From Patescibacteria group bacterium (GTDB taxonomy: Bacteria; Patescibacteriota; Microgenomatia; PFEM01; JAHIFH01): a stretch of 64,000 nucleotides of DNA. The translations under genes and the position numbers were made by a program. Below, piece by piece: positions 9,038 through 19,086 of this stretch; positions within the stretch are counted from its first letter, which is position 1; each line of letters starts with the position of its first letter. The DNA lies in NCBI GenBank assembly GCA_035529375.1, contig DATKWU010000018.1, positions 47,956 to 111,955 on the forward strand. The letters run 5' to 3'. The notes beneath the pieces are model-generated. The model was not told the DNA's origin and searched no databases. It saw nothing but the letters and a program-made list of their open reading frames with translations.

Positions 9038-9478
9038 TCATTGACTTAAAATCTTTTTAACAGCCTCACTCACTGTTTGACCATCAGCCCGACCCTTAAC
9101 TTTAGTCATCACCACTCCCATCACCTTACCAAAATCGCCTGGCCCACTGGCACCAATCTCCTTAATCACCGATTGGACAGTTGTCTCCAGCTCTTCGACA
9201 GATAATTGTTGAGGAAGATATTTATTCAATGTGGCCAATTCTTCTTCTTCTTTACTAACTAAGTCATTCCGCTTTCCTTTTTGATAAGCTTCAATTGATT
9301 CCTTTCTTTGTTTAATTTCTTTTTGAATCAAACCAACAATTTCCTCTTCACTTAATTGGCTCTGTTTAGCAATCTCCTGATTGTGAATCTCGGCCAATAA
9401 CAAACGCAAAGTAGAAACAACGTTTTCCTTTCTCTCTTTTAAGGCCTGATTTAAATCTGATTGAATTTTATCTTTCAT
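9038..9478 (-). CDS. yqeY: GatB/YqeY domain protein
   Basis: 146 aa with a YqeY-type sequence. It lies immediately downstream of rpsU (the rpsU-yqeY operon). Confidence 0.8.
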   Translation of the reverse strand: MKDKIQSDLNQALKERKENVVSTLRLLLAEIHNQEIAKQSQLSEEEIVGLIQKEIKQRKESIEAYQKGKRNDLVSKEEEELATLNKYLPQQLSVEELETTVQSVIKEIGASGPGDFGKVMGVVMTKVKGRADGQTVSEAVKKILSQ

Positions 9479-9687
9479 TAATACCTCTTTACTCGTCTTC
9501 TCCTTAATTCTGCTTTTTGCTTTTTTTTCTTAACTGACGGTTTTTCGTAATATTCTAACTCCTTAATTTCGGTTAATAATTGTTCTACTTGAACCTTTTT
9601 CCGAAATTTAGCGATAAGCTTATCATCAGATTCTCCTGGTTTTTTACGTACCACGGTTGCCACTTCATATAGCACCTCCTTCCCCAA
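9478..9687 (-). CDS. rpsU: 30S ribosomal protein S21
   Basis: 69-aa basic protein with the S21-like YEKPS..KKK..RRRR pattern. Confidence 0.75.
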   Translation of the reverse strand: MGKEVLYEVATVVRKKPGESDDKLIAKFRKKVQVEQLLTEIKELEYYEKPSVKKKKQKAELRRRRVKRY

Positions 9688-10042
9688 GTCTCTTTCTAAC
9701 TAACTCTATAAACTCCGGCAAATCTTTCCAACCACCCACCAAATGAAGATGCAAGTGAAAGACTGCTTGTCCTCCTATCTTACCACAATTAAAAAAAACA
9801 CGATAACCTTTTAACTTCTTTTGCTTAGCAATTTTACTAGCGGTCAAAAGAATTTTACCTAAAACAACTTGATCATCACTCTTAACTGTCTGAATCCCTT
9901 CAATATGTTTTTTGGGAACAATCAAAATATGGCAAGGAGTTAAGGGATTGATGTCATGAAAAGCAACAACATCTTTATCTTCATAAATTAAATCATTTGG
10001 CATTTCTTTTCTAATAATTTTGCAAAAAAGACAATCTTTCAT
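9665..10042 (-). CDS. HIT family (histidine triad) hydrolase
   Basis: HLHLHLVGG histidine triad and CHILIVPKKH motif. Confidence 0.85.
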   Translation of the reverse strand: MKDCLFCKIIRKEMPNDLIYEDKDVVAFHDINPLTPCHILIVPKKHIEGIQTVKSDDQVVLGKILLTASKIAKQKKLKGYRVFFNCGKIGGQAVFHLHLHLVGGWKDLPEFIELVRKRLGEGGAI

Positions 10043-10875
10043 TTTTTAAAAACCTCAATTATTTCTGCTAAACTTAATTTGGTTGGTTTCATCTCATGAC
10101 TGGTGGCGGCATTAAGCAATAATTTTTTTGATTGATGCAAATACCAATCTGAATTAGGGTCCCTTTTTCTGAATTGATTATAAGCCTTAGTCAAATCAAC
10201 CTCAGTATCATAACGACCATAAATCCTCACCCCGCCCGATTCCGGATCTCTTCTAATCACCAAACTATAACCACCCTTTTCTCCCTCCCACAAGACATTA
10301 TCATTACCAGTTTCTAAACCAATGCCTTTACCCCAAAGGGTTGAAAATTCAATCCCCTCTTTCAATTCTTCCTGAGCGTCAAGACTTTTTTTAATTTGAT
10401 GGAAAACCGCATCCATCCCTTTTAAGCCAAAATTCATTGCTTCCTCATCACTCCCAGCCATGCCTCTAATCCCAGCAATTAAACTATGTAAATAAAAATC
10501 ATAACGATGAGTTTTTGTTTCTGGCCAATTCAAATCCCGAGCATTATCAACTTCAGTCGCCACTTTAATTATTTGAATCAAAGATTTTTCATCTAAATCT
10601 TTAAAAGGACTTCCTTTCCTTTCTTGCTTAAGGAACACAAAACAACGTTCAGCGGCCGAAGTTATTTCTTCCAACTGGTGATGATCAAGTTTCCCCAAAC
10701 CAGTATCAACATGTAAAACATTGGGGTCTTTATCTGGTGGTTTTTGGTCAATCGTTTCACCAGCTTGACAATAAGCAATTTCCGCCTCTTCCCAATCAGG
10801 TAAAAAACGTTTGATTAACCAAACAGCCACCACGGCATCCAAATCAGGATTAATGTGAGTAACGATCTTTTTCAT
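10039..10875 (-). CDS. DHH-family phosphoesterase-like protein
   Basis: DHH motifs I/II (THINPDLDAV) and III (LDHHQ). No clear DHHA1 GGGH motif. Confidence 0.6.
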   Translation of the reverse strand: MKKIVTHINPDLDAVVAVWLIKRFLPDWEEAEIAYCQAGETIDQKPPDKDPNVLHVDTGLGKLDHHQLEEITSAAERCFVFLKQERKGSPFKDLDEKSLIQIIKVATEVDNARDLNWPETKTHRYDFYLHSLIAGIRGMAGSDEEAMNFGLKGMDAVFHQIKKSLDAQEELKEGIEFSTLWGKGIGLETGNDNVLWEGEKGGYSLVIRRDPESGGVRIYGRYDTEVDLTKAYNQFRKRDPNSDWYLHQSKKLLLNAATSHEMKPTKLSLAEIIEVFKK

Positions 10876-10888
10876 TGAAACAATTCTA

Positions 10889-11857
10889 TCACAAAAGTTT
10901 AATTATTGCCCGAGCGAGTTTTTGCGAATCATGACGAAGAAGATTGCCTTTTTGAGAAAAATCTCGAACGATTACTACCACATTAAAATTTTTCCCCTGA
11001 CCTAAATCATTCTTAACCAACTCTGCTTTGTATTTTTTATACCAACGTAAAGTTTTGGGGGTCACTTTAACTTTCTTACTGACTAAAGCATAATTTAATC
11101 TCTTTCCCGCCGGCCCTAAATATTTTTTTATCTCCCTGACAAAATCACTGGCTTTAAAACCATTAGTCTCACCATGTTTAGTCATTAAATTAACAATTAA
11201 AATTACTTTTGCTTTTGAATCCTTAATCGCTTTGTTAACTCCAGAAACTAAAAGATTAGGAATAATCGAGGTGTAAAGATCGCCAGGTCCCAAAGCAATC
11301 AAATCAGCTTTTAAAATCGCTTTTTTTGTTTCAGAAAAAATTCTGCCTTTAGGGGAAAGGTAAATTTCCTCAATCGGTACTTTTGGTTTAATATCCCGAA
11401 CATCAATATTAGTTTCACCTCGAATAATTGTCCCGTCCTTGAGACGAGCAATCAATTCGGTCTTACCTGTCGTCACTGGTAGGACTTGGCCAGAAACTTC
11501 CAAAATTCTGGCGGCTTCAGAGATAGCGATATCGGTCCGACCGGTTATCTGCATTAAAGCTGCTAAAAGTAAATTACCCAAAGAATGACCGGCCAATTCA
11601 CCATTGTCAAAACGAAAATCAAAAAGGGCGTTAAGCGTTTTCTTCTTAATCCGCAGACCAGATAAAGCCAGTAAGGCTCGGCGAGCATCACCAGGCGGTA
11701 AAATACCTAACTCCTTTCGTAAACGACCACTCGAACCACCAGAATCAGACATGGTCACCACAGCGGTTAAATCAACTGGAAATTGACGAAGTCCAAGAAG
11801 TACTTGGTAAGTACCTGTTCCCCCACCCAAACAAACTATCTTGGGGCGTCGCTTCAT
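10889..11857 (-). CDS. YvcK/CofD-like (UPF0052, gluconeogenesis factor family) protein
   Basis: N-terminal IVCLGGGTGTYQVLLGL and MSDSGGSSGRLR motifs. Confidence 0.8.
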   Translation of the reverse strand: MKRRPKIVCLGGGTGTYQVLLGLRQFPVDLTAVVTMSDSGGSSGRLRKELGILPPGDARRALLALSGLRIKKKTLNALFDFRFDNGELAGHSLGNLLLAALMQITGRTDIAISEAARILEVSGQVLPVTTGKTELIARLKDGTIIRGETNIDVRDIKPKVPIEEIYLSPKGRIFSETKKAILKADLIALGPGDLYTSIIPNLLVSGVNKAIKDSKAKVILIVNLMTKHGETNGFKASDFVREIKKYLGPAGKRLNYALVSKKVKVTPKTLRWYKKYKAELVKNDLGQGKNFNVVVIVRDFSQKGNLLRHDSQKLARAIIKLL

Positions 11858-11901
11858 TAAGGAATCATTATAACAAAATAAAGCAAGAAGGTTTTTTTAT
11901 T

Positions 11902-13344
11902 TTAATAAGCTTGGGCAAAAAACCAACGATGTTGAGCAGATCGACCACAACAAACACACTTCCCTTTTTCTACCTTAGCATCTAAAGGCAGTAATCGCGA
12001 AGTTGCTTTAGTTTCTTCTTTAATTTTAGTTTCACATTTGGGATCCTCACACCAAAAGGCCTTAATAAAACCTTTCTTTCCTGTCATTATCTTTTTAAAT
12101 TCCTGATAATCCTTAACTTCATGAGTATTATCATCTAGAAATTTCCGGCTTTCATCAAGGATTGAATCTTGAATTTCCTCAAGAGTTTTTCTTGTCTCTG
12201 CTACTACCTTATTCAAGTCTACCTCCCACTTTTTTTGTTGATCCCGTCGTCCTAAGGTAACTATTTTCTTTTGAACTTCTTTTGGACCAACCATCATCTG
12301 AATAGGAACGCCTTTTAACTCCCACTCATTAAATCGCCAACCAGGTGTTTGCTCTTCCCGAGAATCAAGAACTGTCCGAATACCAGCTTTTTCTAAGTCA
12401 TATTTCAGTTTACTAGCCATTTTAAAAACTGCCTCGTTATTCTTATCATTAATAGGAATAATCACCACTTGATTGGGAGCAATTTTAGGAGGTAGAACTA
12501 ATCCTTGATCATCACCATGAGCCATAATTAGAGCGCCAATCGAACGAGTCGAAAAACCCCAACAAGTCTGCCAAACATTTTCCAACTTTCCTTTTTTGTT
12601 TTGAAACTGAATCTTAAATGGCTTAGAAAAGTTTTGACCCAGATCATGAGAAGTACACCCCTGAAGAACCTTACCATCAGGCATTAACATTTCGTAAGCA
12701 AAAGTATCAACCGCTCCAGGAAATTTCTCTGCTTCAGATTTTTTTCCCATTAATCCTGGCAAAGCCAACCATTCTTGATAGAGTTTGGCATACATCATAA
12801 GAGCTCTATCAACTTCTTTCTTTGCCTCCTCATGGGTAGCATGACAAGTATGTCCCTCTTGCCATAAAAACTCTGTGGTTCTCAAAAAAAGATAAGTCCG
12901 TTTTTCCCAACGAACAATGTTGCACCACTGGTTAATACATAAGGGTAAACTCCGCCAGGAATCAATCCACTTGGCGAACATTGAATAGATAATTGTTTCT
13001 GAAGTAGGCCGAACGACTAATTTCTCCTCCAACTTTTCACCACCACCAATGGTTACTACCGCCAGTTCTGGTGAAAAACCCTCAACGTGTTCTTTTTCCT
13101 TTTTAATAAAGCTTTCAGGAATAAAAAGAGGAAAATAGGCGTTTTTAATCCCAGCTGATTTAATCATCTCATCCAAAGCAGACTTAATATTCTCCCATAA
13201 ACCATAGCCATAAGGCCTAATTACCATACAACCCTTAACCGGTGAATAATCAGCTAAGCCAGCCTTCAAAATAACGTCGGTATACCAACGAGAAAAATTC
13301 TTTGATTTCTTAGCAATTTCTTTTTTTTCAAATTCTTCTGCCAT
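11902..13344 (-). CDS. proS: Proline--tRNA ligase, archaeal/eukaryote type
   Basis: Class II aaRS motifs, a C-terminal Zn-binding segment (CVCCGRS) and a terminal Tyr. Confidence 0.9.
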   Translation of the reverse strand: MAEEFEKKEIAKKSKNFSRWYTDVILKAGLADYSPVKGCMVIRPYGYGLWENIKSALDEMIKSAGIKNAYFPLFIPESFIKKEKEHVEGFSPELAVVTIGGGEKLEEKLVVRPTSETIIYSMFAKWIDSWRSLPLCINQWCNIVRWEKRTYLFLRTTEFLWQEGHTCHATHEEAKKEVDRALMMYAKLYQEWLALPGLMGKKSEAEKFPGAVDTFAYEMLMPDGKVLQGCTSHDLGQNFSKPFKIQFQNKKGKLENVWQTCWGFSTRSIGALIMAHGDDQGLVLPPKIAPNQVVIIPINDKNNEAVFKMASKLKYDLEKAGIRTVLDSREEQTPGWRFNEWELKGVPIQMMVGPKEVQKKIVTLGRRDQQKKWEVDLNKVVAETRKTLEEIQDSILDESRKFLDDNTHEVKDYQEFKKIMTGKKGFIKAFWCEDPKCETKIKEETKATSRLLPLDAKVEKGKCVCCGRSAQHRWFFAQAY

Positions 13345-13407
13345 TTTAGAAAGATTCTAAATTATCTACAAAATTCATTATAGTGAAACCTATTTATAAG
13401 AGCAAGA

Positions 13408-14574
13408 TTAAAATGGAAGAATTGAATGAAGTTTGGTTCCCAAAGAAGTCGTTTCAATTAAACGTCGCACATCATTAATCGTCACTAAGGCCAAAAGTAA
13501 CATTAAAAGTGCCATACCAATCAGATTAACCCATTGTTCAATCTTGGGTTTAGGTTTTTTTCTGGCAATCGCTTCGTAAGCAATAAAAATCAATTTACCG
13601 CCGTCTAAAGCCGGAAAAGGCAAAATATTAAGAATCGCCAAATTAATTGATAAAACACCAATAAACTGAAGAATAGTTAGCCAGCCACTTCGAGCCACGG
13701 TTGAAGTTAATTGAAGAATTCCCACTGGACCAGCAATTTCCTTAGGCACCTGGCCTTTAGTGACCAAATCACCAAACATTTGACCGATACCTCCAGCAAT
13801 CAAACCTGTCCAGGCAAAAGCTTCTTTAAAACCCTCTTTTGCTCCGTAAAAGGGCATTTGCCAAAGCGGATACTTTTTCATTTCCATATCACTAATCACC
13901 ACTCCCAAGGCCCCTTCGCCTTCAGGCGGATTTTCCCGCGGTGTCATAAAAAGAATTAATTTTCCATTCTCACAACTAAAACCCAAACCGCCTAAAACCT
14001 TTTCCAAACAGGGATTGTTTTCTTTTCTGTCTACTTTAAGGGTAATTTGTTTGCCTTTTTCCTGATTAACCAAGTCAACAAATTGATTAACATTATCAAC
14101 CACCACCTCATTAACACTCAAAACAAGATCACCTGTCATTAAACCGGCTTGAACCGCCGGTCCGTTTTCCACCAAACCGACAATTTCCACTTGATTAGTC
14201 TTGGTGGGAATACCGGCTACCGAATAAACAACCGAAAAACAAACAATGGCTAACAAAAAATTGCCTATAACGCCGGCAACAATCACTCCGGTTCTGGCTC
14301 TTTTTGATTTATTCCAAAAACTTCTCTCTTGTTTTTTAAGTCGCTCACTTTCTTCTAAATCTTCACCCAAAAGCCTGACAAAACCACCAAACAATAACCA
14401 GTTAATTGAATAAACGGTCTCACCAATCTTTTTAGCAAACATCCGAGGCGGGTAACCAAAGCCAAATTCTTCCACCCCAATTCCGGCTCTTTTGGCCACT
14501 AAAAAATGGCCCAGCTCATGAACTAAGATTAGAAGGGATAAAACTAATAAGGCGAGAATAATGGTTAAAAGCAT
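13408..14574 (-). CDS. rseP: RIP metalloprotease RseP (site-2 protease, M50 with PDZ)
   Basis: HELGH motif in TM1, a PDZ segment (GLMTGDLVLSVN) and an LDGG motif. Confidence 0.85.
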   Translation of the reverse strand: MLLTIILALLVLSLLILVHELGHFLVAKRAGIGVEEFGFGYPPRMFAKKIGETVYSINWLLFGGFVRLLGEDLEESERLKKQERSFWNKSKRARTGVIVAGVIGNFLLAIVCFSVVYSVAGIPTKTNQVEIVGLVENGPAVQAGLMTGDLVLSVNEVVVDNVNQFVDLVNQEKGKQITLKVDRKENNPCLEKVLGGLGFSCENGKLILFMTPRENPPEGEGALGVVISDMEMKKYPLWQMPFYGAKEGFKEAFAWTGLIAGGIGQMFGDLVTKGQVPKEIAGPVGILQLTSTVARSGWLTILQFIGVLSINLAILNILPFPALDGGKLIFIAYEAIARKKPKPKIEQWVNLIGMALLMLLLALVTINDVRRLIETTSLGTKLHSILPF

Positions 14575-15120
14575 TTAGATGGTTAGTAATTGGTCTTCTT
14601 TTTGCTTACCTATTTCCGCAATTTTCTGATTAAACTCGTTGGTAATTTCCTGTAATTCCTTTTCTCTTCTAAATTTTTCATCTTCAGAAATTTCTTTTTT
14701 TTCAAAAGCACTCCGAATCTCCTGCATCTTATCCTGACGCACCTGACGAATCATCACCCGGCCTGATTCCAATTTTTGACCTAAAACCTTAACTAACTCC
14801 TTCCGTCTTTCCTCACTCAAAGGAGGGATGGTTAAACGAATCGTCTCACCATCAACCACCGGATTAAGACCCAAATCCCGATCCAAAGATAAGGCCTTCT
14901 CAATATTTCTGATAACCGCTTGATCAAAAGGGGTAATTAATAATTGGTTGGATTCAGGAGAGGCAATCGTTGCTAACTCCACCAAAGGCATTTTTGTTTC
15001 ATAAGCCTCAACCTGAATTTGTTCGACTAAAGCCGGTGTCGCCCGGCCCACTTTCAAACTTACCAGTTCTTGGTGCAGGAGGTCGAGCACTTTTTCCATT
15101 TTTTGACGAACTTCGTCCAC
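14575..15120 (-). CDS. frr: Ribosome recycling factor
   Basis: 181 aa with clear RRF sequence character. Confidence 0.9.
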   Translation of the reverse strand: MDEVRQKMEKVLDLLHQELVSLKVGRATPALVEQIQVEAYETKMPLVELATIASPESNQLLITPFDQAVIRNIEKALSLDRDLGLNPVVDGETIRLTIPPLSEERRKELVKVLGQKLESGRVMIRQVRQDKMQEIRSAFEKKEISEDEKFRREKELQEITNEFNQKIAEIGKQKEDQLLTI

Positions 15121-15121
15121 T

Positions 15122-15583
15122 TTACTCTCCTAATTCAAAACGGGCCACTCGATTAACAACAATATTCTCACCGGTCTTACTGATTAATTCCTTGACTAAA
15201 GAATCAATTGTTTCCTTTTCGTCTCGAATCCAAACTTGTTTTAAAAACTCTTTCACATTTTTAGGTTTCATTGCCGCCGCTTGCATGGCCAATTCATGAG
15301 CTAATTTTTTAAACTCGTCTGTTCGAGCCACAAAGTCGGTCTCACACAAAAGTTCAACCAGACCGGCAATCTTGCCATCATTATGAAGATAAACCTCGAT
15401 CAAACCCTGTTTTGTTTCTCGACCCTCTCTTTTAGAAGCTGATTCAATCCCTTTTTTTCTCAACCAAGCTTCGGCCTTTTTCAAATCACCACTCGACTCT
15501 TCCAGAGCTCGACGACAATCCATCACCCCTGCCTTGGTTTTAGCTCGAAGTTTCTTAATCTGGTCTGCCTTGATTTTGGTCAT
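15122..15583 (-). CDS. tsf: Elongation factor Ts (short form)
   Basis: UBA-like N-terminus (IKKLRAKTKAGVMDCRRAL) and TDFVAR motif. Only 153 aa. Confidence 0.8.
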   Translation of the reverse strand: MTKIKADQIKKLRAKTKAGVMDCRRALEESSGDLKKAEAWLRKKGIESASKREGRETKQGLIEVYLHNDGKIAGLVELLCETDFVARTDEFKKLAHELAMQAAAMKPKNVKEFLKQVWIRDEKETIDSLVKELISKTGENIVVNRVARFELGE

Positions 15584-16305
15584 GATGTTTCCTTCTTTTC
15601 CTTACTGGCTTTTTTCTGCCAAGCCTCTCGGCCACTTCTCGCTGCTTCACCGATAATTGAAACAATTAATTTAATCGCGCCGACGGCATCATCATTAGCT
15701 GGTATTAGATAGTCTACCAAATCAGGATTGGAATTAGAATCAACAATCGCCACCACTGGAATATCTTTCATCTTCGCTTCCCTAATCGCAATTTCCTCTG
15801 TCTTGGTATCGACCATAAAAATAGCGGCTGGCAAATCTTCTAAATTAACCAAACCGCCCAATTTTTTATTCAATTTTTCCATTTCCCGATCAAGTAACAA
15901 TTGTTCTTTTTTAGTATATTTCTTATAATCACCTTTTTCCTTCTGCTCTCTCATCTCTATTAAGCGATTAATCCGTCCCTTGATTTCTTGCCAATTGGTA
16001 ATCGTTCCCCCCAACCAGCGTCGATCAACAAAAGGCATACTGGCTTTCTTGGCTTCTTCTTTAATAATCGCCTGGGCCTGACGTTTAGTACCGACAAAAA
16101 TAATTTGACCACCTTGGGCCGTCAATTCTCTGACAAAATCAGCCGCTTTTTCTAAGCCCTTCTTAGTTTTGACCAAATCAAAAACATGGACTCCGTCTCG
16201 AACCCCAAAAAGATAATCCTCCATTTTAGGATTCCAACGACGCGCCTGATGACCGAAGTGAGCTCCGGCTTCCAATAAATCTTTAAGCGATACTTTAGTG
16301 GCCAT
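15580..16305 (-). CDS. rpsB: 30S ribosomal protein S2
   Basis: LLEAGAHFGHQARRWNPKM signature. Confidence 0.9.
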   Translation of the reverse strand: MATKVSLKDLLEAGAHFGHQARRWNPKMEDYLFGVRDGVHVFDLVKTKKGLEKAADFVRELTAQGGQIIFVGTKRQAQAIIKEEAKKASMPFVDRRWLGGTITNWQEIKGRINRLIEMREQKEKGDYKKYTKKEQLLLDREMEKLNKKLGGLVNLEDLPAAIFMVDTKTEEIAIREAKMKDIPVVAIVDSNSNPDLVDYLIPANDDAVGAIKLIVSIIGEAARSGREAWQKKASKEKKETS

Positions 16306-16393
16306 TAATTTGTTTCCTTAAACCTCTATCCGGAAGGAGCAGTCAGGAAACTTCGTCCCGGATATGTGTGATGAAATAATTTTAACACAAAAC

Positions 16394-16927
16394 TTAAGGC
16401 TTCACAAGCGTTTTAGCTCCATTCAAAATCTCATCAATTTTATTTTTTAATTCGACTAAATATTTTTCATCTTTAATAAAAGGAAGGTTGGCCCGAACAT
16501 TTTCTAAAGCTCCGTAAACAGCCGCTGTCGCCAATTCAATGGCGCAAAAAGCATCAGAGCGAAGATTTTGGTTACCATATTCAGAAGCATAGATAGCTCT
16601 TTTTAAAACTTCCAAAGATTTTTGCGCCGTCTCCAAGGGCACTTCAGCTGCTTTTTTAGTGGCCGCTTGGCCGCCCTTGGTTTTAACCACCGCTTGATAA
16701 GCCCGCATATCCTTATCAACTAAAATAAACAAATCTTTCTGAAGTTTAACAATTTCCTTGTTTAACTGTTTAAACTGTTCCTCAACCTCTCGATACTTGC
16801 CTTTACCAATCGTTAAAAGACAAACCTTATTCACCAAAGCCGCAGCCAAAGCACCAGCCAAAGCCGAAGCACTACCTCCACCAGGAGCGGATTTTTTAGA
16901 AGCAACTTCATTTAAAAATTTTTTCAT
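16394..16927 (-). CDS. Formiminotetrahydrofolate cyclodeaminase-like protein (FTCD C-domain family)
   Basis: SAPGGGSASALAGALAAAL signature. 4-nt overlap with the upstream formimidoyltransferase gene. Confidence 0.75.
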   Translation of the reverse strand: MKKFLNEVASKKSAPGGGSASALAGALAAALVNKVCLLTIGKGKYREVEEQFKQLNKEIVKLQKDLFILVDKDMRAYQAVVKTKGGQAATKKAAEVPLETAQKSLEVLKRAIYASEYGNQNLRSDAFCAIELATAAVYGALENVRANLPFIKDEKYLVELKNKIDEILNGAKTLVKP

Positions 16928-17859
16928 TCTTTTAATTTGTTTTCCAAAATCTGGTCTTCTTTAAAATCGATTAATTGAAGTTCAGCTAAATCAATCCCCT
17001 CTAAAGCCGCCTTGGGAACCATACCATAGATTTCAGAGCCAAAAACCTTAATTCCTCTTTTTCCCACCTCTTCCTTAACTTTTCGAAAAACCACATCCAT
17101 GTTCGTTTTTTCAAAATCACATAAATTAATCGAAACCTGAACAAAACCTTTATCCTTAATAGCAAAACCTAAAGCCTTGACTGCCGGAAAACCACCGTCT
17201 TTTTCCCGAATCAACCTGGCAATCTCTTTAGCAATTTCAACGTCTTGAGTATCAAGATTAATATTGTAAGCGATTAAAAACTTCCGGGCGCCAATCACCA
17301 TTGCCCCAGCTGTGGGATGCATTTGACTCGGACCAAAGTCAGGTTTTCTTTCAGGATTACTAGTAATTTCCTTTTTCAAATCCTCGTAATCACCTTGCCT
17401 GACATTAGCCAAATTAACTCTTTCTGGTCTACTAGCCGCCGCTTCATATAAATAAACTGGAATCTTCAATTCTTCGCCAACTCTTTTCCCCAATCTCTTA
17501 GCTAATTCAACACACTCTTCCATGGAAACATTGGCCACCGGTATAAAGGGAACGACATCAATGGCCCCAATTCGAGGATGTTCACCCTGATGTTTTTCCA
17601 TATCAATTAATTCGGTTGCCTTTTTAATCATCTCCCAAACCGCAACCAAAACCGCTTCTGGTTCACCAACAATTGTCGCTAAAGAACGGTTATGATCCTT
17701 GTCCCACTCAACGTCTAAAACTCTAACCTTTTCTTTATCACGAGCGGCATTAGCAATGGCCTGAATAATCTCTTGGTTTCTACCTTCAGAAAAATTGGGA
17801 ACACACTCAATAATTTTATCCATCAGAAGAATTATATAATAAGATTCTCTTGAAGCCAA
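16924..17859 (-). CDS. Glutamate formimidoyltransferase (FTCD N-domain)
   Basis: ECVPNFSEGR hallmark at the N-terminus. 311 aa. Confidence 0.8.
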   Translation of the reverse strand: MASRESYYIILLMDKIIECVPNFSEGRNQEIIQAIANAARDKEKVRVLDVEWDKDHNRSLATIVGEPEAVLVAVWEMIKKATELIDMEKHQGEHPRIGAIDVVPFIPVANVSMEECVELAKRLGKRVGEELKIPVYLYEAAASRPERVNLANVRQGDYEDLKKEITSNPERKPDFGPSQMHPTAGAMVIGARKFLIAYNINLDTQDVEIAKEIARLIREKDGGFPAVKALGFAIKDKGFVQVSINLCDFEKTNMDVVFRKVKEEVGKRGIKVFGSEIYGMVPKAALEGIDLAELQLIDFKEDQILENKLKE

Positions 17860-17872
17860 TTAGAAGTAATAA

Positions 17873-18112
17873 TTAAAATTGACAATGCCCTCTGCCAGAC
17901 CTACTCTCAACTCTAGCAATAAAAATATCTCCTTCTTGGATAGGCTCAATAATTTCACAGGAAACAGAGCCAATTTCTCCAGGATAACCAACATTAACAC
18001 TTCCCCCTACTTTTAAGCTATTTAAAACCTCAGAGCCATAAACTATTTCTTGTTGAATATCGCCTTCAAATCTAACTCTTATTGATCTTTCTTGATTTTT
18101 ATATCTCTCCAT
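17873..18112 (-). CDS. Hypothetical small protein
   Basis: 79-aa ORF with no motifs. Confidence 0.3.
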   Translation of the reverse strand: MERYKNQERSIRVRFEGDIQQEIVYGSEVLNSLKVGGSVNVGYPGEIGSVSCEIIEPIQEGDIFIARVESRSGRGHCQF

Positions 18113-18146
18113 CCTATTTTTTAATAATCTTTTAATAATTATTTAT

Positions 18147-18377
18147 TTACCAAGTCCCCTCGATATCCTCAGGATTAACTCCAGAGTTTAATAATCGGGC
18201 CGCCTCTTCAGCTGTTTCAGGATCGAGAAAAAGCTGATCACCCGCACCGGTTCTGGCTCCTTCTCCAAATCTAACAATACCACCTTTTTGGGTATCTCTA
18301 ACATGGGGATAACACCCTATCTCACCAGGTAGATAAACTACCTCAAACCTTCCTTCAGCTTCTAAATTCCTTCCCAT
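18147..18377 (-). CDS. Hypothetical small protein
   Basis: 76-aa ORF with no motifs. Confidence 0.3.
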   Translation of the reverse strand: MGRNLEAEGRFEVVYLPGEIGCYPHVRDTQKGGIVRFGEGARTGAGDQLFLDPETAEEAARLLNSGVNPEDIEGTW

Positions 18378-18378
18378 T

Positions 18379-19086
18379 TTATTTTTTAATTATTTTTCTT
18401 TTTTTCAAAGCCTCTAAAACCTTTTCGTGAATCTCTTGAGGCGTTAACAAATCATCATCAAAACAATTAATTCTTATCCAATAAGGATATCTTCTTACCA
18501 ATCGCAAATAAACTTCCGAACTCTTTTTTTGATGGTCCAAATCAGCTTCGTGAATATCCCGCCCCTGACCTCCAATATAACCACGATTTCCCTTCTTGTC
18601 AACCAATAGCTGGCCAATAACAACTGGCATATAAAGAAAAATAACAATATCCTCCTTGGGAATACCAAAAATTTCATATTCCAACTTTTCTAAAAAACGA
18701 AGAAATTTTATTTGTTCTTCTTTAGGCAATTTGGCGGTCTGGTGACCCATACTCGAACCTGTATAACGATTAGCGACCACAAGTTTGCCTTGAGTCAACC
18801 ATTTCTCAATTCTTTCCTTGGCTTCAAACCGATCACCAGCATAAGTCAGAGAAGCTAAATAAGGACTGACTTCATCATTGCCACCAAATTCCCCTTTTAA
18901 AAACCGCCCCACTAACTTCCCAAAAAAAGAAGTGTAGTATTGAGGAAAATCAGCCTCTTCAACCTGATAGCCATTTGCTTTTAAATAGAAAATCAACAAC
19001 TTTAACTGAGTTGTCTTCCCGCTCCCATCGGTTCCTTCTAAAACAATAAACTTGCCTTTCTTCGTTTCCTTAACAGGTTTTCTCAT
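18379..19086 (-). CDS. tmk: Thymidylate kinase
   Basis: P-loop FIVLEGTDGSGKTTQ and ANRYTGSSMGHQ (DRY-box equivalent). 4-nt overlap with the upstream kinase gene. Confidence 0.7.
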   Translation of the reverse strand: MRKPVKETKKGKFIVLEGTDGSGKTTQLKLLIFYLKANGYQVEEADFPQYYTSFFGKLVGRFLKGEFGGNDEVSPYLASLTYAGDRFEAKERIEKWLTQGKLVVANRYTGSSMGHQTAKLPKEEQIKFLRFLEKLEYEIFGIPKEDIVIFLYMPVVIGQLLVDKKGNRGYIGGQGRDIHEADLDHQKKSSEVYLRLVRRYPYWIRINCFDDDLLTPQEIHEKVLEALKKRKIIKK

